A DNA stretch of 64,000 bases from Tubulanus polymorphus. Taxonomy: Eukaryota; Animalia; Nemertea. Shown one piece after another: positions 22,382 to 38,100 of the stretch (its first letter is position 1; each line of letters opens with the position of its first letter). A model generated the notes under the pieces. The model searched no databases. It saw only the letters and a program-made list of their open reading frames with translations, and was not told the origin of the DNA. The translations under genes and the position numbers were made by a program. The stretch is from NCBI RefSeq assembly GCF_964204645.1, contig NC_134035.1, positions 12,308,451-12,372,450 of the forward strand. Direction: 5' to 3'.

Positions 22382-25300
22382 AGACTTAAAGAATCAAGAC
22401 CACAGAACCACCATCCAGACTTCGCAGATGAATTACCACAAAACCAACATTCAGATTCAACAGATGAATAACCACAGAACCAACATCAAACTCTACCACA
22501 CCAGCAGAATCCAAGGTATTTATCATGTTATAGGTGATGCAGCTTCAAGACCTGACAGATGAATTACCACAGGACCAACATCAACCTCTACCACAGAACC
22601 AACATCCAGACTCCACAGATGAATTACCACAGAACCAACATCAAACTCTATCACAGAACCAATGTCCAGACTCCACAGATGAATTACCACAGAACCAACA
22701 TCAAACTCTATCACAGAACCAACATCCAAACTCCACAGATGAATTACCACAGAACCAACATCAAACTACCATACCAGACTCCAAGGTATTTATGATCTAG
22801 GTGATGCAGCTTCCAGACTTAAAGAATCAAGACCACAGAACCACCATCCAGACTTCGCAGATGAATTACCACAGAACCAACATTCAGATTCAACAGATGA
22901 ATTACCACAGAACCAACATCAAACTACCATACCAGACTCCAAGGTATTTATGATCTAGGTGATGCAGCTTCCAGACTTAAAGAATCAAGACCATAGAACC
23001 ACCATCCAGACTTCGCAGATGAATTACCATAGAACCAGCATTCAGATTCAACAGATGAATAACCACAGAACCAACATCAAACTCTACCACACCAGCAGAA
23101 TCCAAGGTACTTATCATGTTTTAGGTGATGCAGCTTCAAGACCTGACAGATGAATTACCACAGAACCACCATCCAGACTCCACAGACGAATTACCACAGA
23201 ACCAACATCAAACTCTATCACAGAACCAACATCCAAACTCCACAGATGAATTACCACAGAACCACCATCAAACTACCACACCAGACTCCAAGGTATTTAT
23301 GATCTAGGTGATGCAGCTTCCAGACTTAAAGAATCAAGACCATAGAACCACCATCCAGACTTCGCAGATGAATTACCATAGAACCAGCATTCAGACTTCC
23401 CAGATGAATTACCACAGAACCACCATCAAACTACCACACCAGACTCCAAGGTATTTATGATCTAGGTGATGCAGCTTCCAGACTTAAAGAATCAAGACCA
23501 CAGAACCACCATCCAGACTTCGCAGATGAATTACCACGGAACCAACATTCAGATTCAACAGATGAATAACCACAGAACCAACATCAAACTCTACCACACC
23601 AGCAGAATCCAAGGTATTTATCATGTTTTAGGTGATGCAGCTTCAAGACCTGACAGATGAATTACCACAGGACCAACATCAACCTCTACCACAGAACCAA
23701 CATCCAGACTCCACAGATGAATTACCACAGAACCAACATCAAACTCTATCACAGAACCAATGTCCAGACTCCACAGACGAATTACCACAGAACCAACATC
23801 AAACTATCACAGAACCAACATCCAAACTCCACAGATGAATTACCACAGAACCAACATCAAACTACCACACCAGACTCCAAGGTATTTATGATCTAGGTGA
23901 TGCAGCTTCCAGACTTAAAGAATCAAGACCACAGAACCACCATCCAGACTTCACAGATGAATTACCACAGAACCAACATTCAGATTCAACAGATGAATAA
24001 CCACAGAACCAACATCAAACTCTACCACACCAGCAGAATCCAAGGTATTTATCATGTTTTAGGTGATGCAGCTTCAAGACCTGACAGATGAATTACCACA
24101 GAACCACCATCCAGACTCCACAGACGAATTACCACAGAACCAACATTAAACTATCACAGAACCAACATCCAAACTCCACAGATGAATTACCACAGAACCA
24201 ACATCAAACTACCACACCAGACTCCAAGGTATTTATGATCTAGGTGATGCAGCTTCCAAACTTAAAGAATCAAGACCACAGAACCACCATCCAGACTTCG
24301 CAGATGAATTACCATAGAACCAGCATTCAGACTTCCCAGATGAATAACCACAGAACCAACATTCAGATTCAACAGATGAATAACCACAGAACCACCATCA
24401 AACTACGACACCAGACTCCAAGGTATTTATGATCTAGGTGATGCAGCTTCAAGACTTAAAGAATCAAGACCACAGAGCCACCATACAGACTTCGCAGATG
24501 AATTACCACAGAACCAACATTCAGATTCAACAGATGAATAACCACAGAACCAACATCAAACTCTACCACACCAGCAGAATCCAAGGTATTTGTCATGTTT
24601 TAGGTGATGCAGCTTCAAGACCTGACAGATGAATTACCACAGAACCAACATCAACCTCTACCACAGAACCAACATCCAGACTCCACAGATGAATAACCAC
24701 AGAACCAACATCAAACTCCACCACACCAGCAGAATCCAAGGTATTTATCATGTTTTAGGTGATGCAGCTTCAAGACCTGACAGATGAATTACCACAGGAC
24801 CAACATCAACCTCTACCACAGAACCACCATCCAGACTCCACAGACGAATTACCACAGAACCAACATTAAACTATCACAGAACCAACATCCAAACTCCACA
24901 GATGAATTACCACAGAACCAACATCAAACTACCACACCAGACTCCAAGGTATTTATGATCTAGGTGATGCAGCTTCCAGACTTAAAGAATCAAGACCACA
25001 GAACCACCATCCAGACTTCGCAGATGAATAACCACGGAACCAACATTCAGATTCAACAGATGAATTACCACAGAACCAACATCAAACTACCACACCAGAC
25101 TCCAAGGTATTTATGATCTAGGTGATGCAGCTTCCAGACTTAAAGAATCAAGACCACAGAACCACCATCCAGACTTCGCAGATTAATTACCACAGAACCA
25201 ACATTCAGATTCAACAGATGAATAACCACAGAACCAACATCAAACTCTACCACACCAGCAGAATCCAAGGTATTTATCATGTTTTAGGTGATGCAGCTTC

Positions 25301-28300
25301 AAGACCTGACAGATGAATTACCACAGAACCACCATCCAGACTCCACAGACGAATTACCACAGAACCAACATCAAACTCTATCACAGAACCAACATCCAAA
25401 CTCCACAGATGAATTACCACAGAACCACCATCAAACTACCACACCAGACTCCAAGGTATTTATGATCTAGGTGATGCAGCTTCCAGACTTAAAGAATCAA
25501 GACCATAGAACCACCATCCAGACTTCGCAGATGAATTACCATAGAACCAGCATTCAGACTTCCCAGATGAATAACCACAGAACCAACATCAAACTCTACC
25601 ACACCAGCAGAATCCAAGGTATTTATCATGTTTTAGGTGATGCAGCTTCAAGACCTGACAGATGAATTACCACAGGACCAACATCAACCTCTACCACAGA
25701 ACCAACATCCAGACTCCACAGATGAATTGCCACAGAACCAACATCAAACTCTATCACAGAACCAATGTCCAGACTCCACAGATGAATTACCACAGAACCA
25801 ACATCAAACTCTATCACAGAACCAACATCCAAACTCCACAGATGAATTACCACAGAACCAACATCAAACTACCATACCAGACTCCAAGGTATTTATGATC
25901 TAGGTGATGCAGCTTCCAGACTTAAAGAATCAAGACCACAGAACCACCATCCAGACTTCGCAGATGAATTACCACAGAACCAACATTCAGATTCAACAGA
26001 TGAATAACCACAGAACCAACATCAAACTACCACACCAGCAGAATCCAAGGTATTTATCATGTTTTAGGTGATGCAGCTTCAAGACCTGACAGATGAATTA
26101 CCACAGAACCACCATCCAGACTCCACAGACGAATTACCACAGAACCAACATTAAACTATCACAGAACCAACATCCAAACTCCACAGATGAATTACCACAG
26201 AACCAACATCAAACTACCACACCAGACTCCAAGGTATTTATGATCTAGGTGATGCAGCTTCCAGACTTAAAGAATCAAGACCACAGAACCACCATCCAGA
26301 CTTCGCAGATGAATTACCACGGAACCAACATTCAGATTCAACAGATGAATTACCACAGAACCAACATCAAACTCTACCACACCAGCAGAATCCAAGGTAT
26401 TTATCATGTTTTAGGTGATGCAGCTTCAAGACCTGACAGATGAATTACCACAGGACCAACATCAACCTCTACCACAGAACCAACATCCAGACTTCACAGA
26501 TGAATTACCACAGAACCAACATCAAACTCTATCACAGAACCAATGTCCAGACTCCACAGACGAATTACCACAGAACCAACATTAAACTATCATAGAACCA
26601 ACATCCAAACTCCACAGATGAATTACCACAGAACCAACATCAAACTCTACCACAGATCCAACATCCAGACTTCACAGATGAATTACCACAGAACCACCAT
26701 CCAGACTTCACAAATGAATTACCACAGAACCAACATCAAACTCTACCACAGAACCGACATCCAGACTTCACAGATGAATTACCACAGAACCAACATTAAA
26801 CTCTTTCACAGAACCAACATCCAAACTCCACAGATGAATTACCACAGAACCACCATCAAACTACCACACCAGACTCCAAGGTATTTATGATCTAGGTGAT
26901 GCAGCTTCCAGACTTAAAGAATCAAGACCACAGAACCACCATCCAGACTTCGCAGATGAATTACCACAGAACCAACATTCAGATTCAACAGATGAATAAC
27001 CACAGAACCAACATCAACCTCTACCACAGAACCAACATCCAGACTCCACAGATGGATTACCACAGAACCAACATTAAACTCTATCACAGAACCAACATCC
27101 AAACTCCACAGATGAATTACCACAGAACCACCATCAAACTACCACACCAGACTCCAAGGCATTTATGATCTAGGTGATGCAGCTTCCAGACTTAAAGAAT
27201 CAAGACCACAGAACCACCATCCAGACTTCACAACTGAATTCCCACAGAACCAACATCAAACTCTACCACAGAACCAACATCCAGACTTCACAGATGAATT
27301 ACCACAGAACCATTATCAAACTCTACCACAGAACCAACATCCAGACTTCACAAATGAATTACCACAGAACCAACATCAAACTCTACCACAGAACCAACAT
27401 CCAGACTTCACAAATGAATTACCACAGAACCAACATTAAACTCTACCACAGAACCAACATCCAGACTTCACAAATGAATTACCACAGAACCAACATCAAA
27501 CTCTACCACAGAACCAACATCCAGGCTTCACAAATGAATTACCACAGAACCAACATCAAACTCTACCACAGAACCAACATCCAGACTCCACAGATGAATT
27601 ACCACAGAACCAACATTAAACTCTACCACAGAACCAACATCCAGGCTTCACAGATGAATTACCACAGAACCAACATCAAACTCTACCACAGAACCAACAT
27701 CCAGACTTCACAAATGAATTACCACAGAACCAACATCAAACTCTACCGCAGAACCAACATCCAGACTCCACAGATGAATTACCACAGAACCAACATCAAA
27801 CTCTACCACAGAACCAACATCCAGGCTTCACAGATGAATTACCACAGAACCAACATTAAACTCTACTACAGAACCAACATCCAGGCTTCACAGATGAATT
27901 ACCACAGAACCAACATCAAACTACCACACCAGACTCCAAGGTATTTATGATCTAGGTGATGCAGCTTCCAGACTTAAAGAATCAAGACCACAGAACCACC
28001 ATCCAGACTTCACAGATGAATTACCACAGAACCAACATTCAGATTCAACAGATGAATAACCACAGAACCAACATCAAACTCTACCACACCAGCAGAATCC
28101 AAGGTATTTATCATGTTTTAGGTGATGCAGCTTCAAGACCTGACAGATGAATTACCACAGAACCACCATCCAGACTCCACAGACGAATTACCACAGAACC
28201 AACATTAAACTATCACAGAACCAACATCCAAACTCCACAGATGAATTACCACAGAACCAACATCAAACTACCACACCAGACTTTAAGGTATTTATGATCT

Positions 28301-31300
28301 AGGTGATGCAGCTTCCAAACTTAAAGAATCAAGACCACAGAACCACCATCCAGACTTCGCAGATGAATTACCATAGAACCAGCATTCAGACTTCCCAGAT
28401 GAATAACCACAGAACCAACATTCAGATTCAACAGATGAATAACCACAGAACCACCATCAAACTACGACACCAGACTCCAAGGTATTTATGATCTAGGTGA
28501 TGCAGCTTCAAGACTTAAAGAATCAAGACCACAGAACCACCATCCAGACTTCGCAGATGAATTACCACAAAACCAACATTCAGATTCAACAGATGAATAA
28601 CCACAGAACCAACATCAAACTCTACCACACCAGCAGAATCCAAGGTATTTATCATGTTATAGGTGATGCAGCTTCAAGACCTGACAGATGAATTACCACA
28701 GGACCAACATCAACCTCTACCACAGAACCAACATCCAGACTCCACAGATGAATTACCACAGAACCAACATCAAACTCTATCACAGAACCAATGTCCAGAC
28801 TCCACAGATGAATTACCACAGAACCAACATCAAACTCTATCACAGAACCAACATCCAAACTCCACAGATGAATTACCACAGAACCAACATCAAACTACCA
28901 TACCAGACTCCAAGGTATTTATGATCTAGGTGATGCAGCTTCCAGACTTAAAGAATCAAGACCACAGAACCACCATCCAGACTTCGCAGATGAATTACCA
29001 CAGAACCAACATTCAGATTCAACAGATGAATTACCACAGAACCAACATCAAACTACCATACCAGACTCCAAGGTATTTATGATCTAGGTGATGCAGCTTC
29101 CAGACTTAAAGAATCAAGACCATAGAACCACCATCCAGACTTCGCAGATGAATTACCATAGAACCAGCATTCAGATTCAACAGATGAATAACCACAGAAC
29201 CAACATCAAACTCTACCACACCAGCAGAATCCAAGGTACTTATCATGTTTTAGGTGATGCAGCTTCAAGACCTGACAGATGAATTACCACAGAACCACCA
29301 TCCAGACTCCACAGACGAATTACCACAGAACCAACATCAAACTCTATCACAGAACCAACATCCAAACTCCACAGATGAATTACCACAGAACCACCATCAA
29401 ACTACCACACCAGACTCCAAGGTATTTATGATCTAGGTGATGCAGCTTCCAGACTTAAAGAATCAAGACCATAGAACCACCATCCAGACTTCGCAGATGA
29501 ATTACCATAGAACCAGCATTCAGACTTCCCAGATGAATTACCACAGAACCACCATCAAACTACCACACCAGACTCCAAGGTATTTATGATCTAGGTGATG
29601 CAGCTTCCAGACTTAAAGAATCAAGACCACAGAACCACCATCCAGACTTCGCAGATGAATTACCACGGAACCAACATTCAGATTCAACAGATGAATAACC
29701 ACAGAACCAACATCAAACTCTACCACACCAGCAGAATCCAAGGTATTTATCATGTTTTAGGTGATGCAGCTTCAAGACCTGACAGATGAATTACCACAGG
29801 ACCAACATCAACCTCTACCACAGAACCAACATCCAGACTCCACAGATGAATTACCACAGAACCAACATCAAACTCTATCACAGAACCAATGTCCAGACTC
29901 CACAGACGAATTACCACAGAACCAACATCAAACTATCACAGAACCAACATCCAAACTCCACAGATGAATTACCACAGAACCAACATCAAACTACCACACC
30001 AGACTCCAAGGTATTTATGATCTAGGTGATGCAGCTTCCAGACTTAAAGAATCAAGACCACAGAACCACCATCCAGACTTCACAGATGAATTACCACAGA
30101 ACCAACATTCAGATTCAACAGATGAATAACCACAGAACCAACATCAAACTCTACCACACCAGCAGAATCCAAGGTATTTATCATGTTTTAGGTGATGCAG
30201 CTTCAAGACCTGACAGATGAATTACCACAGAACCACCATCCAGACTCCACAGACGAATTACCACAGAACCAACATTAAACTATCACAGAACCAACATCCA
30301 AACTCCACAGATGAATTACCACAGAACCAACATCAAACTACCACACCAGACTCCAAGGTATTTATGATCTAGGTGATGCAGCTTCCAAACTTAAAGAATC
30401 AAGACCACAGAACCACCATCCAGACTTCGCAGATGAATTACCATAGAACCAGCATTCAGACTTCCCAGATGAATAACCACAGAACCAACATTCAGATTCA
30501 ACAGATGAATAACCACAGAACCACCATCAAACTACGACACCAGACTCCAAGGTATTTATGATCTAGGTGATGCAGCTTCAAGACTTAAAGAATCAAGACC
30601 ACAGAGCCACCATACAGACTTCGCAGATGAATTACCACAGAACCAACATTCAGATTCAACAGATGAATAACCACAGAACCAACATCAAACTCTACCACAC
30701 CAGCAGAATCCAAGGTATTTGTCATGTTTTAGGTGATGCAGCTTCAAGACCTGACAGATGAATTACCACAGAACCAACATCAACCTCTACCACAGAACCA
30801 ACATCCAGACTCCACAGATGAATAACCACAGAACCAACATCAAACTCCACCACACCAGCAGAATCCAAGGTATTTATCATGTTTTAGGTGATGCAGCTTC
30901 AAGACCTGACAGATGAATTACCACAGGACCAACATCAACCTCTACCACAGAACCACCATCCAGACTCCACAGACGAATTACCACAGAACCAACATTAAAC
31001 TATCACAGAACCAACATCCAAACTCCACAGATGAATTACCACAGAACCAACATCAAACTACCACACCAGACTCCAAGGTATTTATGATCTAGGTGATGCA
31101 GCTTCCAGACTTAAAGAATCAAGACCACAGAACCACCATCCAGACTTCGCAGATGAATAACCACGGAACCAACATTCAGATTCAACAGATGAATTACCAC
31201 AGAACCAACATCAAACTACCACACCAGACTCCAAGGTATTTATGATCTAGGTGATGCAGCTTCCAGACTTAAAGAATCAAGACCACAGAACCACCATCCA

Positions 31301-34300
31301 GACTTCGCAGATTAATTACCACAGAACCAACATTCAGATTCAACAGATGAATAACCACAGAACCAACATCAAACTCTACCACACCAGCAGAATCCAAGGT
31401 ATTTATCATGTTTTAGGTGATGCAGCTTCAAGACCTGACAGATGAATTACCACAGAACCACCATCCAGACTCCACAGACGAATTACCACAGAACCAACAT
31501 CAAACTCTATCACAGAACCAACATCCAAACTCCACAGATGAATTACCACAGAACCACCATCAAACTACCACACCAGACTCCAAGGTATTTATGATCTAGG
31601 TGATGCAGCTTCCAGACTTAAAGAATCAAGACCATAGAACCACCATCCAGACTTCGCAGATGAATTACCATAGAACCAGCATTCAGACTTCCCAGATGAA
31701 TAACCACAGAACCAACATCAAACTCTACCACACCAGCAGAATCCAAGGTATTTATCATGTTTTAGGTGATGCAGCTTCAAGACCTGACAGATGAATTACC
31801 ACAGGACCAACATCAACCTCTACCACAGAACCAACATCCAGACTCCACAGATGAATTGCCACAGAACCAACATCAAACTCTATCACAGAACCAATGTCCA
31901 GACTCCACAGATGAATTACCACAGAACCAACATCAAACTCTATCACAGAACCAACATCCAAACTCCACAGATGAATTACCACAGAACCAACATCAAACTA
32001 CCATACCAGACTCCAAGGTATTTATGATCTAGGTGATGCAGCTTCCAGACTTAAAGAATCAAGACCACAGAACCACCATCCAGACTTCGCAGATGAATTA
32101 CCACAGAACCAACATTCAGATTCAACAGATGAATAACCACAGAACCAACATCAAACTACCACACCAGCAGAATCCAAGGTATTTATCATGTTTTAGGTGA
32201 TGCAGCTTCAAGACCTGACAGATGAATTACCACAGAACCACCATCCAGACTCCACAGACGAATTACCACAGAACCAACATTAAACTATCACAGAACCAAC
32301 ATCCAAACTCCACAGATGAATTACCACAGAACCAACATCAAACTACCACACCAGACTCCAAGGTATTTATGATCTAGGTGATGCAGCTTCCAGACTTAAA
32401 GAATCAAGACCACAGAACCACCATCCAGACTTCGCAGATGAATTACCACGGAACCAACATTCAGATTCAACAGATGAATTACCACAGAACCAACATCAAA
32501 CTCTACCACACCAGCAGAATCCAAGGTATTTATCATGTTTTAGGTGATGCAGCTTCAAGACCTGACAGATGAATTACCACAGGACCAACATCAACCTCTA
32601 CCACAGAACCAACATCCAGACTTCACAGATGAATTACCACAGAACCAACATCAAACTCTATCACAGAACCAATGTCCAGACTCCACAGACGAATTACCAC
32701 AGAACCAACATTAAACTATCATAGAACCAACATCCAAACTCCACAGATGAATTACCACAGAACCAACATCAAACTCTACCACAGATCCAACATCCAGACT
32801 TCACAGATGAATTACCACAGAACCACCATCCAGACTTCACAAATGAATTACCACAGAACCAACATCAAACTCTACCACAGAACCGACATCCAGACTTCAC
32901 AGATGAATTACCACAGAACCAACATTAAACTCTTTCACAGAACCAACATCCAAACTCCACAGATGAATTACCACAGAACCACCATCAAACTACCACACCA
33001 GACTCCAAGGTATTTATGATCTAGGTGATGCAGCTTCCAGACTTAAAGAATCAAGACCACAGAACCACCATCCAGACTTCGCAGATGAATTACCACAGAA
33101 CCAACATTCAGATTCAACAGATGAATAACCACAGAACCAACATCAACCTCTACCACAGAACCAACATCCAGACTCCACAGATGGATTACCACAGAACCAA
33201 CATTAAACTCTATCACAGAACCAACATCCAAACTCCACAGATGAATTACCACAGAACCACCATCAAACTACCACACCAGACTCCAAGGCATTTATGATCT
33301 AGGTGATGCAGCTTCCAGACTTAAAGAATCAAGACCACAGAACCACCATCCAGACTTCACAACTGAATTCCCACAGAACCAACATCAAACTCTACCACAG
33401 AACCAACATCCAGACTTCACAGATGAATTACCACAGAACCATTATCAAACTCTACCACAGAACCAACATCCAGACTTCACAAATGAATTACCACAGAACC
33501 AACATCAAACTCTACCACAGAACCAACATCCAGACTTCACAAATGAATTACCACAGAACCAACATTAAACTCTACCACAGAACCAACATCCAGACTTCAC
33601 AAATGAATTACCACAGAACCAACATCAAACTCTACCACAGAACCAACATCCAGGCTTCACAAATGAATTACCACAGAACCAACATCAAACTCTACCACAG
33701 AACCAACATCCAGACTCCACAGATGAATTACCACAGAACCAACATTAAACTCTACCACAGAACCAACATCCAGGCTTCACAGATGAATTACCACAGAACC
33801 AACATCAAACTCTACCACAGAACCAACATCCAGACTTCACAAATGAATTACCACAGAACCAACATCAAACTCTACCGCAGAACCAACATCCAGACTCCAC
33901 AGATGAATTACCACAGAACCAACATCAAACTCTACCACAGAACCAACATCCAGGCTTCACAGATGAATTACCACAGAACCAACATTAAACTCTACTACAG
34001 AACCAACATCCAGGCTTCACAGATGAATTACCACAGAACCAACATCAAACTACCACACCAGACTCCAAGGTATTTATGATCTAGGTGATGCAGCTTCCAG
34101 ACTTAAAGAATCAAGACCACAGAACCACCATCCAGACTTCACAGATGAATTACCACAGAACCAACATTCAGATTCAACAGATGAATAACCACAGAACCAA
34201 CATCAAACTCTACCACACCAGCAGAATCCAAGGTATTTATCATGTTTTAGGTGATGCAGCTTCAAGACCTGACAGATGAATTACCACAGAACCACCATCC

Positions 34301-34672
34301 AGACTCCACAGACGAATTACCACAGAACCAACATTAAACTATCACAGAACCAACATCCAAACTCCACAGATGAATTACCACAGAACCAACATCAAACTAC
34401 CACACCAGACTTTAAGGTATTTATGATCTAGGTGATGCAGCTTCCAAACTTAAAGAATCAAGACCACAGAACCACCATCCAGACTTCGCAGATGAATTAC
34501 CATAGAACCAGCATTCAGACTTCCCAGATGAATAACCACAGAACCAACATTCAGATTCAACAGATGAATAACCACAGAACCACCATCAAACTACGACACC
34601 AGACTCCAAGGTATTTATGATCTAGGTGATGCAGCTTCAAGACTTAAAGAATCAAGACCACAGAACCACCAT
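22382..34672. repeat. Higher-order tandem duplication, 2 x 6,129 bp
   Basis: Identical ORF-track entries at a constant offset of 6129 (22534/28663, 26543/32672, 27174/33303, 28303/34432); shared rare variants such as CTTTAAGG and GTTATAGG. Confidence 0.92.
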
Positions 34673-35103
34673 ACAGACTTCGCAGATGAATTACCACAGA
34701 ACCAACATTCAGATTCAACAGATGAATAACCACAGAACCAACATCAAACTCTACCACACCAGCAGAATCCAAGGTATTTATCATGTTTTAGGTGATGCAG
34801 CTTCAAGACCTGACAGATGAATTACCACAGGACCAACATCAACCTCTACCACAGAACCAACATCCAGATTTCACAGAGGAATTACCACAGAACCAACATC
34901 AAACTCTATCACAGAACCAACATCCAAACTCCAAAGATGAATTACCACAGAACCAACATCAAACTACCACACCAGACTCCAAGGTATTTATGATCTAGGT
35001 GATGCAGCTTCCAGACTTAAAGAATCAAGACCACAGAACCACTATCCAGACTTCGCAGATGAATTACCACAGAACCAACATTCAGATTCAACAGATGAAT
35101 AAC

Positions 35104-38100
35104 CACAGAACCAACATCCAAACTCCACAGATGAATTACCACAGAACCACCATCAAACTACCACACCAGACTCCAAGGTATTTATGATCTAGGTGATGCA
35201 GCTTCCAGACTTAAAGAATCAAGACCACAGAACCACCATCCAGACATCGCAGATGAATTACCATAGAACCAGCATTCAGATTCAACAGATGAATAACCAC
35301 AGAACCAACATCAAACTCTACCACACCAGCAGAATCCAAGGTACTTATCATGTTTTAGGTGATGCAGCTTCAAGACCTGACAGATGAATTACCACAGGAC
35401 CAACATCAACCTCTACCACAGAACCAACATCCAGACTCCACAGATGAATTACCACAGAACCAACATCAAACTCTATCACACCAGCAGAATCCAAGGTATT
35501 TATCATGTTTTAGGTGATGCAGCTTCAAGACCTGACAGATGAATTACCACGGGACCAACATCAACCTCTCCCACAGAACCATCATCCAGACTCCACAGAT
35601 GAATTACCACAGAACCAACATCAAACTACCACACCAGACTCCAAGGTATTTATGATTTAGGTGATGCAGCTTCCAGACTTAAAGAATCAAGACCATAGAA
35701 CCACCATCCAGACTTCGCAGATGAATTACCATAGAACCAGCATTCAGACTTCCCAGATGAATAACCACAGAACCAACATCCAGACCCCACAGATGAATTA
35801 CCACAGAACCAACATCAAACTCTATTACAGAACCAATGTCCAGACTCCACAGATGAATTACCACAGAACCAACATCAAACTCTATCACAGAACCAACATC
35901 CAAACTCCACAGATGAATTACCACAGAACCAACATCAAACTACCATACCAGACTCCAAGGTACTTATGATCTAGGTGATGCAGCTTCCAGACTTAAAGAA
36001 TCAAGACCACAGAACCACCATCCAGACTTCGCAGATGAATTACCACAGAACCAACATTCAGATTCAACAGATGAATAACCACAGAACCAACATCAAACTC
36101 TACCACACCAGCAGAATCCAAGGTATTTATCATGTTTTAGGTGATGCAGCTTCAAGACCTGACAGATGAATTACCACAGAACCACCATCCAGACTCCACA
36201 GACGAATTACCACAAAACCAACATTAAACTATCACAGAACCAACATCCAAACTCCACAGATGAATTACCACAGAACCAACATCAAACTACCACACCAGAC
36301 TCCAAGGTATTTATGATCTAGGTGATGCAGCCTCCAAACTTAAAGAATCAAGACCACAGAACCACCATCCAGACTTCGCAGATGAATTACCACGGAACCA
36401 ACATTCAGATTCAAAAGATGAATTACCACAGAACCAACATCAACCTCTACCACACCAGCAGAATCCAAGGTATTTATCATGTTTTAGGTGATGCAGCTTC
36501 AAGACCTGACAGATGAATTACCACAGGACCAACATCAACCTCTACCACAGAACCAACATCCAGACTTCACAGATGAATTACCACAGAACCAACATCAAAC
36601 TCTATCACAGAACCAACATCCAAACTCCACAGATGAATTACCACAGAACCAACATCAAACTACCACACCAGACTCCAAGGTATTTATGATCTAGGTGATG
36701 CAGCTTCCAGACTTAAAGAATCAAGACCACAGAACCACCATCCAGACTTCGCAGATGAATTACCACAGAACCAACATTCAGATTCAACAGATGAATAACC
36801 ACAGAACCAACATCAAACTCTACCACACCAGCAGAATCCAAGGTATTTATCATGTTTTAGGTGATGCAGCTTCAAGACCTGACAGATGAATTACCACAGG
36901 ACCAACATCAACCTCTACCACAGAACCAACATCCAGATTTCACAGAGGAATTACCACAGAACCAACATCAAACTCTATCACAGAACCAACATCCAAACTC
37001 CAAAGATGAATTACCACAGAACCAACATCAAACTACCACACCAGACTCCAAGGTATTTATGATCTAGGTGATGCAGCTTCCAGACTTAAAGAATCAAGAC
37101 CACAGAACCACTATCCAGACTTCGCAGATGAATTACCACAGAACCAACATTCAGATTCAACAGATGAATAACCACAGAACCAACATCCAAACTCCACAGA
37201 TGAATTACCACAGAACCACCATCAAACTACCACACCAGACTCCAAGGTATTTATGATCTAGGTGATGCAGCTTCCAGACTTAAAGAATCAAGACCATAGA
37301 ACCACCATCCAGACTTCGCAGATGAATTGCCATAGAACCAGCATTCAGACTTCCCAGATGAATAACCACAGAACCAACATCAAACTCTACCACACCAGCA
37401 GAATCCAAGGTACTTATCATGTTTTAGGTGATGCAGCTTCAAGACCTGACAGATGAATTACCACAGGACCAACATCAACCTCTACCACAGAACCAACATC
37501 CAGACTCCACAGATGAATTACCACAGAACCAACATCAAACTCTATCACAGAACCAATGTCCAGACTCCACAGATGAATTACCACAGAACCAACATCAAAC
37601 TCTATCACAGAACCAACATCCAAACTCCAAAGATGAATTACCACAGAACCAACATCAAACTACCACACCAGACTCCAAGGTATTTATGATCTAGGTGATG
37701 CAGCTTCCAGACTTAAAGAATCAAGACCACAGAACCACTATCCAGACTTCGCAGATGAATTACCACAGAACCAACATTCAGATTCAACAGATGAATAACC
37801 ACAGAACCAACATCCAAACTCCACAGATGAATTACCACAGAACCACCATCAAACTACCACACCAGACTCCAAGGTATTTATGATCTAGGTGATGCAGCTT
37901 CCAGACTTAAAGAATCAAGACCATAGAACCACCATCCAGACTTCGCAGATGAATTGCCATAGAACCAGCATTCAGACTTCCCAGATGAATAACCACAGAA
38001 CCAACATCAAACTCTACCACACCAGCAGAATCCAAGGTACTTATCATGTTTTAGGTGATGCAGCTTCAAGACCTGACAGATGAATTACCACAGGACCAAC

